Assembly: GCA_963800015.1 (NCBI GenBank)
Contig: CAWCZE010000001.1
Span: 5,111 to 69,110, forward strand
DNA: 64,000 nucleotides
Direction: 5' to 3'
Source of the DNA: an uncultured Verrucomicrobiae bacterium
GTDB lineage: Bacteria > Verrucomicrobiota > Verrucomicrobiia > Chthoniobacterales > UBA10450
In this document: in pieces, positions 63,359 to 64,000 of the stretch
How positions within the stretch are numbered: position 1 is the first letter of the stretch
Layout: every line of letters starts with the position of its first letter
Translations under genes and position numbers: made by a program
The notes under the pieces: model-generated
What the model saw: the letters and a program-made list of their open reading frames with translations, nothing else
What the model was told of the DNA's origin: nothing
The model's database searches: none

Positions 63359-64000
63359 GTGATCGTGACGATTCGTGCTTCGAATGAGACTGAAAAACAA
63401 CGCGTGCTGCTCGGCATGAGCGGTGGAGTGGACTCCAGCGTCGCCGGCTATTTCCTGCGCGAACAAGGCTACGACGTCATCGGCGTGACCATGAAAGTCT
63501 GGCCGCAGGACTGTATTTCGCGCGCGGAAGACAAATGCTGCGGACCACAGGCGGTGGCGGACGCGCGGGCCGTCGCCCATTCGTTAGGCATTCCACATTA
63601 CGTGGTCGATGAAGCGGACCAATTCGAACAGACCGTCATCAATTATTTCGCGAGCGAATACCAGGCCGGACGGACGCCGAACCCGTGCGTGATGTGCAAT
63701 GAGAAGCTCAAGTTCGGCAATCTCTGGGGAAAGCGGAAGCGCTGGGGTGCGATTACATCGCGACCGGCCATTACGCGATCATCGAGCATCGAGGCAGACC
63801 GACGCCGTTTTGCGCAAGGGCGTCGATCCGCGCAAAGATCAGTCGTATTTCCTATTCAGTCTGCGCCAGCCGCAATTGCGGCGCGCCCTGACCCCGCTCG
63901 GGCGCGATGCAAAAGCCGGAGATCCGCGAGATCGCGCACTCGTTAGGCCTGAAGGTGGCCGACAAAGTCGATAGCCAGGAAATCTGTTTCGTCCCGGGCA
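63359..64000 (+). CDS. mnmA: tRNA 2-thiouridine(34) synthase MnmA, 5' part (frame change near 63720; continues past the window end)
   Basis: [33 protein letters not shown] (PP-loop), [16 protein letters not shown], then ...DYIATGHYA... in another frame. Confidence 0.85.

Overview
The window is about 64 kb of moderately GC-rich bacterial chromosome. The gene content (Bat aerotolerance operon, pilMNOP, TreZ with an archaeal-type debranching enzyme, a PHP-GT4 fusion) suggests a Verrucomicrobia/PVC-like soil organism, but that is inference only. Most of it is housekeeping and envelope genes: tmk-holB, recR, der, pgsA, valS, murI, glyQS, ruvA, mnmA, cstA, a complete moxR-DUF58-DUF4381-batA-batB/C-batD-batE operon, and three tRNAs (Leu-UAA, Val-CAC, Ser-UGA).

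The clearly accessory segment is about 960-8200. It holds small minus-strand ORFs, and six of them are each followed within 1-13 nt by a 65-205 bp imperfect palindrome. Each palindrome is bounded by RYYYAAC and GTTRRRY cores and carries one-sided bulged bases, which makes it a canonical integron attC site. This is a cassette array with no integrase in the window (CALIN-like), lying co-directionally downstream of tmk-holB.

Other structure not explained by genes:
- A REP/BIME-like double-hairpin family (TTGTAGCGGCG...CGCCGCTACAA) fills short gaps at gene ends.
- Long hairpins whose arms are degenerate 7-9 nt tandem repeats end at or near start codons. Related tandem repeats sit in frame inside der, valS and an ATP-grasp gene.
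- The 9-mer GCCTAACGA/TCGTTAGGC, identical to the attC R' core plus 2 nt, is strongly over-represented.

Roughly 30 of about 50 genes need one or more frame changes to give full-length products, including essential genes, so assembly indels are the likeliest cause. Coordinates of non-ORF features were counted by hand and may be off by 1-2 nt.
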